A stretch of DNA of 63,994 nt, counting the filler, from Ministeria vibrans ATCC 50519 (lineage: Eukaryota; Protista; Filasterea): assembly GCA_943704425.1 (NCBI GenBank). It is 4 parts of 4 records of this genome, joined end to end, with 100 filler letters (N's around TTAATTAATTAA, not from the genome) between each part and the next. Parts side by side here need not be neighbours in the genome. Positions count along the whole stretch, not along the records: positions 1 to 29,686 come from CALSCP010000778.1; 3 more parts are not named here. The stretch is one strand, 5' to 3'. The notes beneath the pieces are model-generated. The model saw only the letters and a program-made list of their open reading frames with translations, was not told the DNA's origin and made no database searches. The position numbers and the translations under genes were made by a program. This document shows, piece by piece, positions 1-10,260 of this stretch. Numbering within the stretch: the stretch's first letter is position 1; each line of letters starts with the position of its first letter.

Positions 1-667
1 CATTGCGAATGTGGGTGGGTCGACGGGAAGCAATACCGGAGGTAGCGGCAGCGGCGGCGGCACGGGCGCAAGTTCGAGTTCGAGTTCGTCGAGCATGATT
101 GCGATTGCGCTGGGCATTGTGGGTGGCGTTTTCTGCGGCATGTTCCTTATGTTTGTGGTTGGCTACTGGCGACGCAAGCGCGGATGGAACCTGGTGGATC
201 GACGCAACTCGGCTATGATGGACCGTCAGCTGGCGCAAAGTGTGCATGCTGCCTCAGTGCGCGGCAGTGGAGCATCGTCGCCCGACTCCTCGCACCTTGA
301 CGCCAGCATTTTCCTGGCGAACCCACTGTTCTCGCCCGAGGACGAGTACAAGGAGGGACTGGCGAACCACGCGTCGCACGAGGAGGACTATATGGAACTG
401 TCGAACTTTGGACCGTCGGATCGGCAGCAGAAGCATGCATCGGGGTTCGGCGCCGATTTGGATCTTGAGGACGAGTCGCCGTCAGACCACTTCCTGCAGC
501 TGCGGCGCCAGTCGTCGATGATGCGTCCCGAGTCAACGGACTTCTCCAATGAGTACGCCAATGGCCTGTCTGATGATCCTAACAACAGCGAGACCTACGC
601 CAATACCAAATCTAATCCACCCGATCTCTATGACATGGTTGAGGGTGATGAGGAGGAGCAGCAGTGA
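1..667 (+). CDS. 3' end of a single-pass membrane protein: Gly/Ser linker, TM helix and Tyr-motif-rich cytoplasmic tail (5' part lies outside the window)
   Basis: Hydrophobic MIAIALGIVGGVFCGMFLMFVVGYW followed by the basic stop-transfer RRKR. The acidic tail carries NPLF, DYMEL, EYAN, TYAN and LYDMV. Ends at TGA 665-667 followed by AT-rich sequence. Confidence 0.75.
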   Translation, partial: IANVGGSTGSNTGGSGSGGGTGASSSSSSSSMIAIALGIVGGVFCGMFLMFVVGYWRRKRGWNLVDRRNSAMMDRQLAQSVHAASVRGSGASSPDSSHLDASIFLANPLFSPEDEYKEGLANHASHEEDYMELSNFGPSDRQQKHASGFGADLDLEDESPSDHFLQLRRQSSMMRPESTDFSNEYANGLSDDPNNSETYANTKSNPPDLYDMVEGDEEEQQ

Positions 668-1062
668 AAAACGCTGGAGAGTGTGAGAGGTAGAGAGTGA
701 GAGAGTGAGTGAGAGGTGAAAGAAACGAATTTATTTCATTAAAAAAGAACGAAGTATTTTCGAATCAAACAAACTTTTCAGGGTAATGTTATTGGTACTA
801 TTGAGTCCAAACGTTTCCATTTGTTTACCATATGCATCCAGTGGTCTAGTATGGTAGATGTATGACAACAGTTATCATTCTATATACATTTATGATTACG
901 ATTCACGACTACCATTCGTGCTCACGGCCACTTTTGTCTTTCAATGGCAAAAAAACGTTCATTGATTTACAATTGAAAAGACGTGTGTTTTTTTTTTTTT
1001 TTTTTTGGGGGGGGGGAAGAATTTTTTTTGTTTTGTTTTTAAGTGAATATTGGTGTATGTTC

Positions 1063-2089
1063 TTAGTTTGAAGTTGAACAAAGTGGGCTGATGGGAGCAG
1101 CGTTATTGACCACACTGATTTCGTTATGATCGCAGTAACCTAACGAAACGAAAGCGGGGGAAAAACACAGGGGGAATAAGTATAAAATAATAATAATAAA
1201 TAAACGTCGATGGTTGCTTACCTTGGCGACCATTGACGCAGTAAGGCGCGATACAGCGGCCTGGGGCGCAGCTCTTGGTCGCTGTCATTACAGTCTGGCC
1301 AGTCGTTTTGTACACTATGTGGCCGTCGTCGTTGCAATCGTAGAATTTCGTGCAGACAGTCCAAGTGGGCAGGGCGTAGCTAAATTGACCAGGCAGGTAG
1401 CAGTATCCTATCATGAGTTTGAGGGAGCGAGTTATTGTAGCGACCCTACTTTACTATAATCATTTTGGGGGGGAAACACAATTGGGTCTACCTTGGGTTC
1501 CCATTGCACAATTGCGCGGAGTGCATCCCATCTCGCAATTGTACAAGCCGTAGTTGAGACCATTCTCAGATGTCTACAAAATAGGCAGAAAGAGCGAGTT
1601 TAAATTTTAGTACACGTACATTTTGAGGTTGCAAAATTTTGTTCTGCAATATTAGTTTAATTTGGACTCACCACAAGTTTGTTGTTAATACACTCGTATT
1701 GAGGGCAGGCGTCAGTGACTGGGTCTGTGATGAGCGAGACTTCCAGGAACTTGTTGTTGATGCAGGTGGCTGTGACATATTAGGGAGGTGAGTACGATAG
1801 AGATTTTTGACTGCAACACCCACCCTTTCGTTTGCGGAGACACTTCGGGCCGCTCGGAAAGCAACCGTTTGTGCACACTTTCCCCGTGATGGCCTGACCA
1901 GTTTGTCCATCGATCACCTGTCCCTCGACACACGTGTTCTCGGGCGGCGGAGGCTGTGGACAATCAGGCGACAAGGGCTCGGCGGTGAGTGCACGGGTGA
2001 TGGTATACATGCAATGACCTAGAGCGGGCAGAGAGAGAGGAGAAAGAAACAAAGTGATAGAGAGAGAGGAGGGAAAGAAACAAAGTGAT

Positions 2090-2125
<36 letters not shown>

Positions 2126-2457
2126 AAGAAACAAAGTGGTAGAGGGAGAGGAGAAAGAAACAAAGTGATAGAGAGGGAGAGAGATTCAGATGTGTTCCTC
2201 CATCGCCTTGTTGACTCCCAAATTCATACCCTTGCGACCCTCAACGCACTTCAGAGGATCCGCAGCAGAGCAACCATCGACGCAAATCTCGCCAGGGAGT
2301 AGAACAGGACCGTCGTTGTTGGTGGGATTAACGAAATGCACCTTTCCGTCGATGCAGAGGTAGGGGGAGGGCGGGGTAGTGACGTCGTCGGACGACACGG
2401 CAACGTCGAGTTGTGGGTCGTCGTCGCGGATGTCATCGACGCCCGAGACACCGCCCT
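1063..2457 (-). CDS. Multi-exon Cys-rich, probably secreted protein with repeated C-[IV]-[DEN]-[GN]...C-x2-G-C modules; first exon uncertain (see 3061-3535)
   Basis: Exons joined by GT-AG introns give GGVSGVDDIRDDD...YLCIDGKV...CVDGCS..KC / GHCMYT...TCVEGQV...CTNGCF..KC / ATCINNKF...ECINNKLV / GYCYLPG...CAPGRCIAPYCVNG / GYCDHNE...PLCSTSN*, with TAA at 1063-1065. Confidence 0.6.
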
Positions 2458-3060
2458 AGGGGGGATGGAGGAGTGGGTGAGATTGGGAAAGAGACCACCT
2501 TGCACATGGCGCTCCTTAGTACCCCTAAGAGCAGGTAAGGGGGAGGGGGGAGGGGGAGGGAGGCCGAAAGAAAAGGAAGAGCGAAAATTGATGTTCGTCT
2601 GATGCAGTTTGTTTCAGCAATGTGCCTGCACAGCGGACTGGGGAGGTATCGTGCTAGCGTGAACAACCACATGCATGTAGATGGATGCAGATAACGAGGA
2701 AGGCGGCACTCTTAGAGTCGAGAAAACGCAAACGAGAAAAGGTATTTTTGGAGTGAAAGACAAACGAGAGACGCTCATGCAAGACATTGGGCCGGGCTGT
2801 ACGGAGTCGCAACCGACAAGTACTCTCGTCATGCAAACCAGGGGGCGGCATGTGCGCCCGCGTCTCATAGTTTGATTCAGCTGGAAAAATTGAAAAAAAA
2901 AAAAAAAAAAAACACAACACAACACAACAACAGAAAGAAAAGGGGAGAAAACCGCGCAGCAATCTGGTGGGTATGGCACGTATACAGATTATCTACACGC
3001 GGGGCGGAGCAGGGCGATGGGCTGGCTCGAGAGGAACAGAGTTTCAGGAAAAACTCTTAC

Positions 3061-3129
3061 ACTTTCGGCAAAAGCAACGACAGCAAGGCTGGACAGCAGA
3101 ATCAGGCTGGCAAGGGTGGGAGCTTTCAT
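3061..3129 (-). CDS. Signal-peptide exon, copy 1 (MKAPTLASLILLSSLAVVAFAES)
   Basis: ATG at 3129; 23 codons with n/h/c-region layout and an A-F-A cleavage motif, immediately followed by a GTAAGA donor. Confidence 0.6.
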
Positions 3130-3466
3130 AGTAAGGCAATTACGAGCGGAGAAAAGCGGGAGTTGATTAAAATTTTGAATGAGAATTGAGAGTTATTACT
3201 TATTATTATCGAAAAAGTGACTGTTGAGTCGTTGAGTGTTACTACGAAAACAACAACAACACAACAACAAAGGCATTAGGTAGATCTGAGGGCGGGGAGG
3301 GGTCGCGCAGCAGAGCAATCAGCACGAATCGGTATGTAGCATACGTACAACACGATAGAGCACGCGAGAAGTGCAGGAGTCGGGCGACGGAGAGGGAGAG
3401 ACGGGAAATTCACAAACAGGCAAACGCGGTTCAAACGCGGCTTATTTCAAACTATTTTTATCTTAC

Positions 3467-3535
3467 ACTTTCAGCAAAAGCGACAATAGCAATGCTGGCC
3501 AAGAGAATCAGGCTGGCGAGAGTGTGGACTTTCAT
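3467..3535 (-). CDS. Signal-peptide exon, copy 2 (MKVHTLASLILLASIAIVAFAES)
   Basis: Paralog of 3061-3129 with the same length and the same GTAAGA donor; substitutions keep the hydrophobic core. Confidence 0.55.
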
Positions 3536-3747
3536 TATAACGCAAATGTGAGGTCTCACGTCAGGAGAGTCGAAGAGAATGACAGAGAGACGAAATGAAA
3601 ATAAATATAAAAACGAATGAATGAACAAACGGCTGAGTTTAGTGAGTTAAATACGTCATGTTACATTAATGTCATTTTTCATAAATCTACTCCACAGTAC
3701 ATCAAGCAGTATGCGCATACTCTACATGCATATGTGTGTGAATCTCA

Positions 3748-6228
3748 TCATTGTTGCACAATCGGAAGACCGTGAGTAGCATTCATATTGGGGGGCACAT
3801 GTCGAGGCCTGCGGACGTCAGGTGAGGGCGTCTCCGGCTCGCGCTGCTCTCGAGGATTACGCACCAGAATGAGGCCGGTAGAGGAAGAGGAGAGAAGGGG
3901 GGTGGAGTGGGACTTGTCATGTGCGAGGGGGGCGACGGAGGGACGCAAGCCGGCGCGACGGTGGTGGGCCAGGAAGTAGGCGCGCGGGCTAGCGTAGAGG
4001 GTGGCACGCGCAGGGAGGAATGGGGTGATGGTATGGTGAACGCGGAGGGCAATGGGGGTCCAAAGGGGTCGTTCGTGAGCAACGAGAACGGCGTGAAAGC
4101 GGCGGGAGGTCTGGTCGAGCTGGGCAAGAGCAGCGGGGGTGTCGTGCAGGAAAGAGAAGATGTGAACGAGAAGCTCGGCGGGCAGGAAGTCAAAGTAGTT
4201 GAGCTTGTGAAGCGGGGGAAGGGCTGCTGAGGTGGAAGGGGTGTGGGCGGAGAGGATGCCTGTTGCACCCAGCACGGTTGTCATGAGGGTGCGCACAAGG
4301 TGATTTGGAAGGAGGGTGGAAGAAAAAAGGGGCTGTTCGGTGACGGGGGAGATGCGTCCGTGAGCGGACCAGTAGGCGCGCAGAGCAAAGCGGTCGTAGG
4401 TAAAGCCGTCGACGGCAACGACCGGATCAACCATAAACTGCCCTGAGATGGGACAGACAAACTGGGCGCGGGCCATGGAAAGGAGAGGCCCCGTGCGTTG
4501 GCTCAGAGGCGTCTCGAGCAGAGCATCACCGGTGGGAGTTGTCGGGTCGACGTCGTCCATGAGATTCTGTGCACATGCGGCTGCAGTAGTGTGCTTGTCG
4601 ACGTTGCCAGTGCGCAAGACGACACAGTTGTGCTGCGCGAGACGCAAACGGCCCTCGACGGCCACGCGACGGGCGCGCTCGAGGGCAAGAGAGGCGTTCG
4701 CGGCGGCTAGGAGCGATTCGAGCTCGCGGAGGGAGCGCGCCTTGTCCTTGCCTGCTGTGGGAGCATGGTTGCGAATACTGGCAGCACGGTCACCAAAGCG
4801 CAGCGTGGAGAGCGTCTGCGAGGTGCAGACGCGTGCGGTGGAGCAGCACACAATGAGGGTGGTGCATGAGTCGGAGCCAAAGGAGTTCTGGAGGATACGC
4901 GTGAGCTTACTGTCGCGGTACGGAATGTGGACATGCGGAACGGGCGCGGCAGTGCGGTCGTGCTTACGACGCTGCTCGAGACGCGTCTGCTTGCTCAGTG
5001 CCTGAATGACGTTGCCGAGCGCGAGCAGCGATGTGTTGATGAACTGCCCTTCGCACTCGCGCTGCGCTGCTTCGTCGCGCAGCCGTCGAAGTTCGCGCTC
5101 GTCGACAACACCATCCAGCGCCCACGACAGGTCGATATCGGTGCTGCTCTGTACCGTCTCTGAGCCGGCCAGATCGACGAGGTACAGTTGGGAGAGGGAA
5201 CGGACGCGACGGGCGCTGTCGTTGCGCTCAAGCGTCACAACGCTGACCGAGTGCGAACGGCTCGAGTGTGCATTGGAGTCCATTTTGGCAGTGAAACGGG
5301 CCTGTTGTGCCTCGGCAAAACGCTGAAGAGCCTCTTCGGGCGATTCAACACGAACCTGGTTGGTGCCGTTGAGGATGAGTCCGCCTTGGCGCGCCGCGTA
5401 CTCGGCCGGGCTCATGTTGCGCGCGTTGGCGTTGGCGACGGTCGGCGTGCGCACCATGAGGCGCACGTTCTCTCGGCTGTACTCGGGGGTGGCAAGCAGG
5501 TCGCGGACCGTCTCGTTGTACACTTCGACGCAGGCAACGTGCACAAAAAAGTCAAGCTCTCCCTGAGCACGCTGACGAGTGAGGGCCACCAGGCGAAACA
5601 CCTCGTTGACGGACTCGTGGGTCATGGCACTCATGGTGTGCGTCTTGCCGGCACCCGTCTGTCCATACGCGACGAGCGAAGCATTGCGCCCGGCGACAAA
5701 CGCTTCAATGACGGGTGTGCAGACGACTGTGTTGATCTCGGCGTCGGGACAGGCCGGCTCAAACACCCGCGCGAACTGGAAGCGTGTCTCGACGTCGACG
5801 CGCTCGCTGTGGCGCGACACCTTGGTCTGACGCACCGTCAGGTGTGTGGCGTTACGCGCAACTGTCATGTCGAGGCTGGGATCGGCGGTGGGTTCGCTGA
5901 GATCCCGTTCGTAGTCGTTGATCGGCCGGAACCGAGCAAAGACGCGTATCCGCTGATCGGCAAGCGCTGCGTCCAACATGACGCCCTCGGCAGAGGCGTA
6001 CAAAGAGTCGTGCATCGAATCAGAGGCAGACAGCGACGGCACAGCGCCATCGTCGCCGTCAAGCCCAAAAGGACCCGCTGGTTCGGGTCGAGTAAGATCA
6101 ATCTCACCCGACTCCACTGCCTCAAGCTCGCCTGCACTCGTAGCCGCGGGAAGAGAAGTCCCCGACTCATCGCCATGGTGTTCATGGACGGGCGTGGTTG
6201 CGTCGACGTTGCTTGCAGATGAAGACAT
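3748..6228 (-). CDS. Kinesin motor protein with C-terminal U-box and F-box domains (intronless, 826 aa)
   Basis: Motor motifs: RVFARFRP, P-loop GQTGAGKT, switch I NAHSSRSH, switch II DLAGSE, HIPYRDSKLTRILQ, TLSTLRFG. Then a short coiled coil, a U-box (FVCPISGQFMVDPVVAVDGFTYDR...SPVTEQPL...LLPNHLVR) and an F-box (FDFLPAELLVHIFSFL...LAQLDQTSRRF). Confidence 0.92.
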   Translation of the reverse strand: MSSSASNVDATTPVHEHHGDESGTSLPAATSAGELEAVESGEIDLTRPEPAGPFGLDGDDGAVPSLSASDSMHDSLYASAEGVMLDAALADQRIRVFARFRPINDYERDLSEPTADPSLDMTVARNATHLTVRQTKVSRHSERVDVETRFQFARVFEPACPDAEINTVVCTPVIEAFVAGRNASLVAYGQTGAGKTHTMSAMTHESVNEVFRLVALTRQRAQGELDFFVHVACVEVYNETVRDLLATPEYSRENVRLMVRTPTVANANARNMSPAEYAARQGGLILNGTNQVRVESPEEALQRFAEAQQARFTAKMDSNAHSSRSHSVSVVTLERNDSARRVRSLSQLYLVDLAGSETVQSSTDIDLSWALDGVVDERELRRLRDEAAQRECEGQFINTSLLALGNVIQALSKQTRLEQRRKHDRTAAPVPHVHIPYRDSKLTRILQNSFGSDSCTTLIVCCSTARVCTSQTLSTLRFGDRAASIRNHAPTAGKDKARSLRELESLLAAANASLALERARRVAVEGRLRLAQHNCVVLRTGNVDKHTTAAACAQNLMDDVDPTTPTGDALLETPLSQRTGPLLSMARAQFVCPISGQFMVDPVVAVDGFTYDRFALRAYWSAHGRISPVTEQPLFSSTLLPNHLVRTLMTTVLGATGILSAHTPSTSAALPPLHKLNYFDFLPAELLVHIFSFLHDTPAALAQLDQTSRRFHAVLVAHERPLWTPIALRVHHTITPFLPARATLYASPRAYFLAHHRRAGLRPSVAPLAHDKSHSTPLLSSSSTGLILVRNPREQREPETPSPDVRRPRHVPPNMNATHGLPIVQQ

Positions 6229-6429
6229 TACAGAAAAATTAATGTTGAATGTGATATGATAACATTTTAGTTTCTTATTTATTATAATTGATTCTTATTA
6301 TTTATCTCATCCAGCCGTAACAACGAACATGCACTCATCGGTCATCGGTCATCGGTGCCTATTCGGCAATCGCTGATTCATCTGAATTGTCTTTGTCACT
6401 CATGATACACTTGATACAAAATAATCATC

Positions 6430-7178
6430 TCAGTAGAACTCCACTGAGTGCAAAAGGGTTCGGCCTATTTCCGTCTGGATCGCCTCGAGAATTTCATCAA
6501 TGTCCTCATCAAGATCGTCGGACTGATCGAGACGCCGACACAGCACAAGGACGTCATTGGCGGCCAGCTCCGCCTCCTGAGGGTTGTCGCGGATCTCCAG
6601 GCCAACAACATGGACCGGCCGCGAGAGCGTCTCCGGCCGGCGCTGCATGTGGTCCACCACTTGGTCAAACACTCGCTCTTCCGCCGTCACGATCACGTCA
6701 AAAAGCTCGCTGGTCGATTGAAAGTGTTCTGGAGACAAAAGGAACGAGGAACGTTTCAGCACTCACACACACACACACACACACACAAAAGCAAATCGTT
6801 CGTTTCCCCACCTGGCGCCTTCTTGACGCTCATATTTCTCTCCAGCAGTGCGAGGATGCCTGTGTCCGAGTACAGCGTCGGGTCCTGCGCCACGAGTGCG
6901 TCGTAGATGTCTTCGTAGGGCGTTCCAAAGTCAAAGCAGTTGGGATCGTCGACGGTCTTTCCCGGCAACCGCACCATGTTGCCCGATCCGTACGACTCGA
7001 CCCGGAACTGGTGATCTCTAGCACCGTTAGACAATGGGGTGGGCGCCAGTGTGCGTGAGCTTCAGCGCGAAATACAAAGCAATGACTGATTTTACCTGAG
7101 TGTTGCGTGAGCACTCATGCTGCGATTCATGTTGCTCGAGCACACCATGGCATATCGGAACTTGGATGGCGTCGACAT
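6430..7178 (-). CDS. SSU72: RNA polymerase II CTD phosphatase Ssu72 (3 coding exons)
   Basis: Catalytic VCSSNMNRSMSAH (CX5R), SYGSGNMVRLPG, FGTPYEDIY, FDVIVTAEERVFDQV, IRDNPQEA, C-terminal HSVEFY. Confidence 0.95.
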
Positions 7179-7417
7179 AGACCTCTGAAAAAAATAAATT
7201 AAAAGTTTAAAAAATAAAACTGTGTGAAGGAGTGAGTAAAATAGTGTCAAAGATATTAACGAGAGTGAGTAGGGAAAGACGGTGTTCAAAGCTCAGTGAC
7301 ACATATATCACACAGTATGGCGTGTGTGCACAGTGCACAATGTACAATCGCTACAGAGGTCGATGGTTGCTCGCAGATGGTAGATCAAGGAAGGATATGG
7401 AATCTCATGATTATGTA

Positions 7418-9198
7418 AAAGAAGAAGAATGGATTATGTAGAAGAAGAAGAAGAATACAACCCATTTATTAATGATACAGTCACCACGCGAAGACACAGC
7501 CAGACCGCCTTGCAAACTCGACCGAAACTCTAGAGGTAACATGGGAGAACAGTGGCAGGTCATAGTGCTGTGTCGACGCTATCCAGTGAGGCAATCGCAA
7601 TGGTACGCCATACCCCCAGAGGAGGCTTAGGGCTCTGACACCATGAAGGTGTCTGTCGGCAAGGTGTGTAAAGTCGAAGTCGTGGTTGAGGCAATCGGAT
7701 CGGTGGTCGGCGGCGGCAAGTCCAGGTGGCTGCGGGGCGCTCCCGTGGTACACAGGCGGGGCGGGTCGGCTGTAGGGCGGCTGGTGTGCTTGTTGTCGTG
7801 ACTGTGTGTTAGATTATGAGGATAGAGATATGGATGGGTAGGGGGGGAACACGAGGGGTTCGGAAGGGTGAGTCAATGGGTGGCGTTGACGGCGACGATG
7901 AAGCATTTGTACATCTCCCCCAGGGGATGAAGTGCTTCATAGTGCGTGTCGTTGGTCGCGCGCAATGCCTCGGCAAGGGTCTTGCCGACCAGTGAGTCAT
8001 GTCGGTGTCGGTACACCGCTGGGTGAGCACAGTGGAGCAGGAAGTGTTCTGGGCTCTCCAGCGGTGGTTGTTGCAGTTGTTGTTGTTGTTGTTGTTGTGG
8101 CTGTGGGATGGCTGCGCACGCCCGACACCGGAACGTGTCGACCGACGCGCCGGCGGGGATGTTGAAGCGCGCAAAAGCTGGGCCCGCCATGCCCCGGTTG
8201 ATGCAGGTGGTGCCCGTGATGAGTGCGTTGCAGCGCAGCAGTAGCAGCACTTGCCCCGATCTCTTCGGCATCTTGCTCAGGTACTTGGATGTGCTCAGTG
8301 GGTTGTACCTCCTGTCTTTGAGTGGCGACGCGCTCGTAGGTCCGCTGAGGCTGGGCGTGTCTTGGAGACGCGCTCGCCACTCGTTTGTGGACAGACTCTC
8401 CGCTGCCTTCACGAGCTCGCCGTCCTTGACACGGTCGTAGCACAGGACCCGTCTTGCTGGCGCCCCCGCCGGCATTGGGTGCAGCGTCTCGAGCGTGTTG
8501 AGGATCGACAGCGCGTGAAAGCGCTTTTTCGCTCTCGGAGCCGCCGCTGCTCTTTCCGGGGTGTTCGNNNNNTTGCTGGCGCCCCCGCCGGCATTGGGTG
8601 CAGCGTCTCGAGCGTGTTGAGGATCGACAGCGCGTGAAAGCGCTTTTTCGCTCTCGGAGCCGCCGCTGCTCTTTCCGGGGTGTTCGCCAGCAGTGCCTCG
8701 AACACCTGAGATGCCAGGGGCACCACCGCGAGGGTCGTGCCTCTCGCCAAGTGTTGAAGCAGGCCCGCTTGCAGCGCTCTCGCACGGCCGGCGACCGGCT
8801 CAATGCCAAGCTCACCTTGCAGTCCCACCAGTGGTGCAAACTGTGGTGCGCGCGCGAGTCGTCTGAGGTCTTCGTTCTGCAAGAGGTTTAGCTCGTCGTA
8901 CTTCCCTAATGGCAGCACAATCGTGGCTTGTCCAAAGTCCATCGCGCTCCTCACGGCCTGGACATACACGTTTCGTAGGGCACCCACCCGTAGGTCCCGC
9001 AGAAACACCCGCTGCCACACAGCGCGTGCCTTGCCATACCGCTCCTTGATCCCCGCCGAGATTGACTGGGCGAGCCTGAGCCTGCGTGTAGGGCGCACAC
9101 CCGGTTCCGGTGTGGGAGCCGTGAATGAGCCGTTGATACAGAGGCCAAGGTACTTGAAGCCCTTTTGGTCGTCGACTCGCCTGAGCGCCACGCCGTCG
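7418..9198 (-). mobile_element. 5'-truncated non-LTR retrotransposon (RTE/RTEX-like layout): end of RT domain, CCHC zinc finger, (TTC)n tail, 13-bp TSD
   Basis: FKYLG RT motif; YVQAVRSAMDFG and LQGELGIEP thumb-region motifs; CRAC...ESPEHFLLHC knuckle; TTC repeats at the 3' end. TCATGATTATGTA flanks both sides (7405-7417 and 9199-9211). GC-rich insert in AT-rich flanks. Confidence 0.9.
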
Positions 9199-9531
9199 TC
9201 ATGATTATGTATAAAATTATTTCTATTGTGATGAATAAATGAAGTGAAAAGTTGACTCAAGGAGATGAAATAGTACAATAATATTTATAATAATAATTTA
9301 TTTACAAATTACAGTAAAGAGCAATGCAATGCTTCCAATAATTAATGATAAAAAATATTATTATTATTATTTAAAAAATATAAATAATTATTATTATTAA
9401 TAATAATTATTATTATTATAATTTTATGCAAACATCAGTTTCTCCCGAACGAAAGATCAATCATCAATGATCAAAGCCGGATCAAAGCCTAATTAGTCTA
9501 TTGGCTATTTAGCATTTACTTTTTTGTGACA

Positions 9532-10165
9532 ATGGCGGGCATGTCTACGATGCGCAAAGCCTCGTTGGCTGCTGCTGCTGCTGCAGCGGCGGCGGCGCTG
9601 TATGTGTATCGGGCGCAGTCTCGTCGTGGTCGGCACTCTCGCTCGAAAGCGTCCACTGTCGATAGCGTTGATCGCGCACTCTCGACCCACGACCAAGCAG
9701 AGGCTGCTGCGGCTGCAGCCCAGAGCAAGAAGAACAAGAACCGTGTGGCTGTGGATCGGCAGTTTCTGAGTCGTCTTACCAAGTTGCTCAAAGTGCTCGT
9801 TCCGGGCATCTTCAGCAAAGAGGCCGGCTACATTGTGCTTACACTCTCGACAATGGGTACGATACACCACCTCTTAGTGATTGTGTGCTCGCTCATTGCT
9901 CTGATGACTTGGTTTGATTGTCTTTTTGCTTTTTTTTTTTTTTTTTGGCTAAAACTTCTCACGTCTTTTTCTCTCTCACCTGCACAGTGTTGCGCACCTA
10001 CTGTGACCTCTGGATGATTGCCAACTCGACGGCCATTGAGGCTTCCATCATTGCCCGTTCCTACGAAGGCTTCAAACGCCACATTCTTCTCTTTGCGCGT
10101 GCCATGATCCCCATTGCCTGTGTCACCGGTACACTCAACGCGCAACTGAGTAAACGTCTCATGTT

Positions 10166-10260
<95 letters not shown>

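Noticed and set aside
1778-1782. Apparent in-frame TAA within coding-like sequence, suggesting stop-codon reassignment
   Set aside because: It lies inside a short GT...CTAAT...CAG intron, and several conserved genes here end in TAA or TAG, so the code is standard.
5188-6222. 344-aa plus-strand ORF and many similar overlapping ORFs
   Set aside because: Antisense shadows of GC-rich coding sequence, with no recognisable motifs.
8454-8686. Identical ~114-bp direct repeat within the LINE
   Set aside because: The copies sit on either side of a short N gap, typical of unmerged contig overlap rather than a real duplication.
10164-10255. ORFs with ERERER, SLSLSL, HTHTHT or CVCVCV runs here and throughout
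   Set aside because: Translations of intronic dinucleotide microsatellites.
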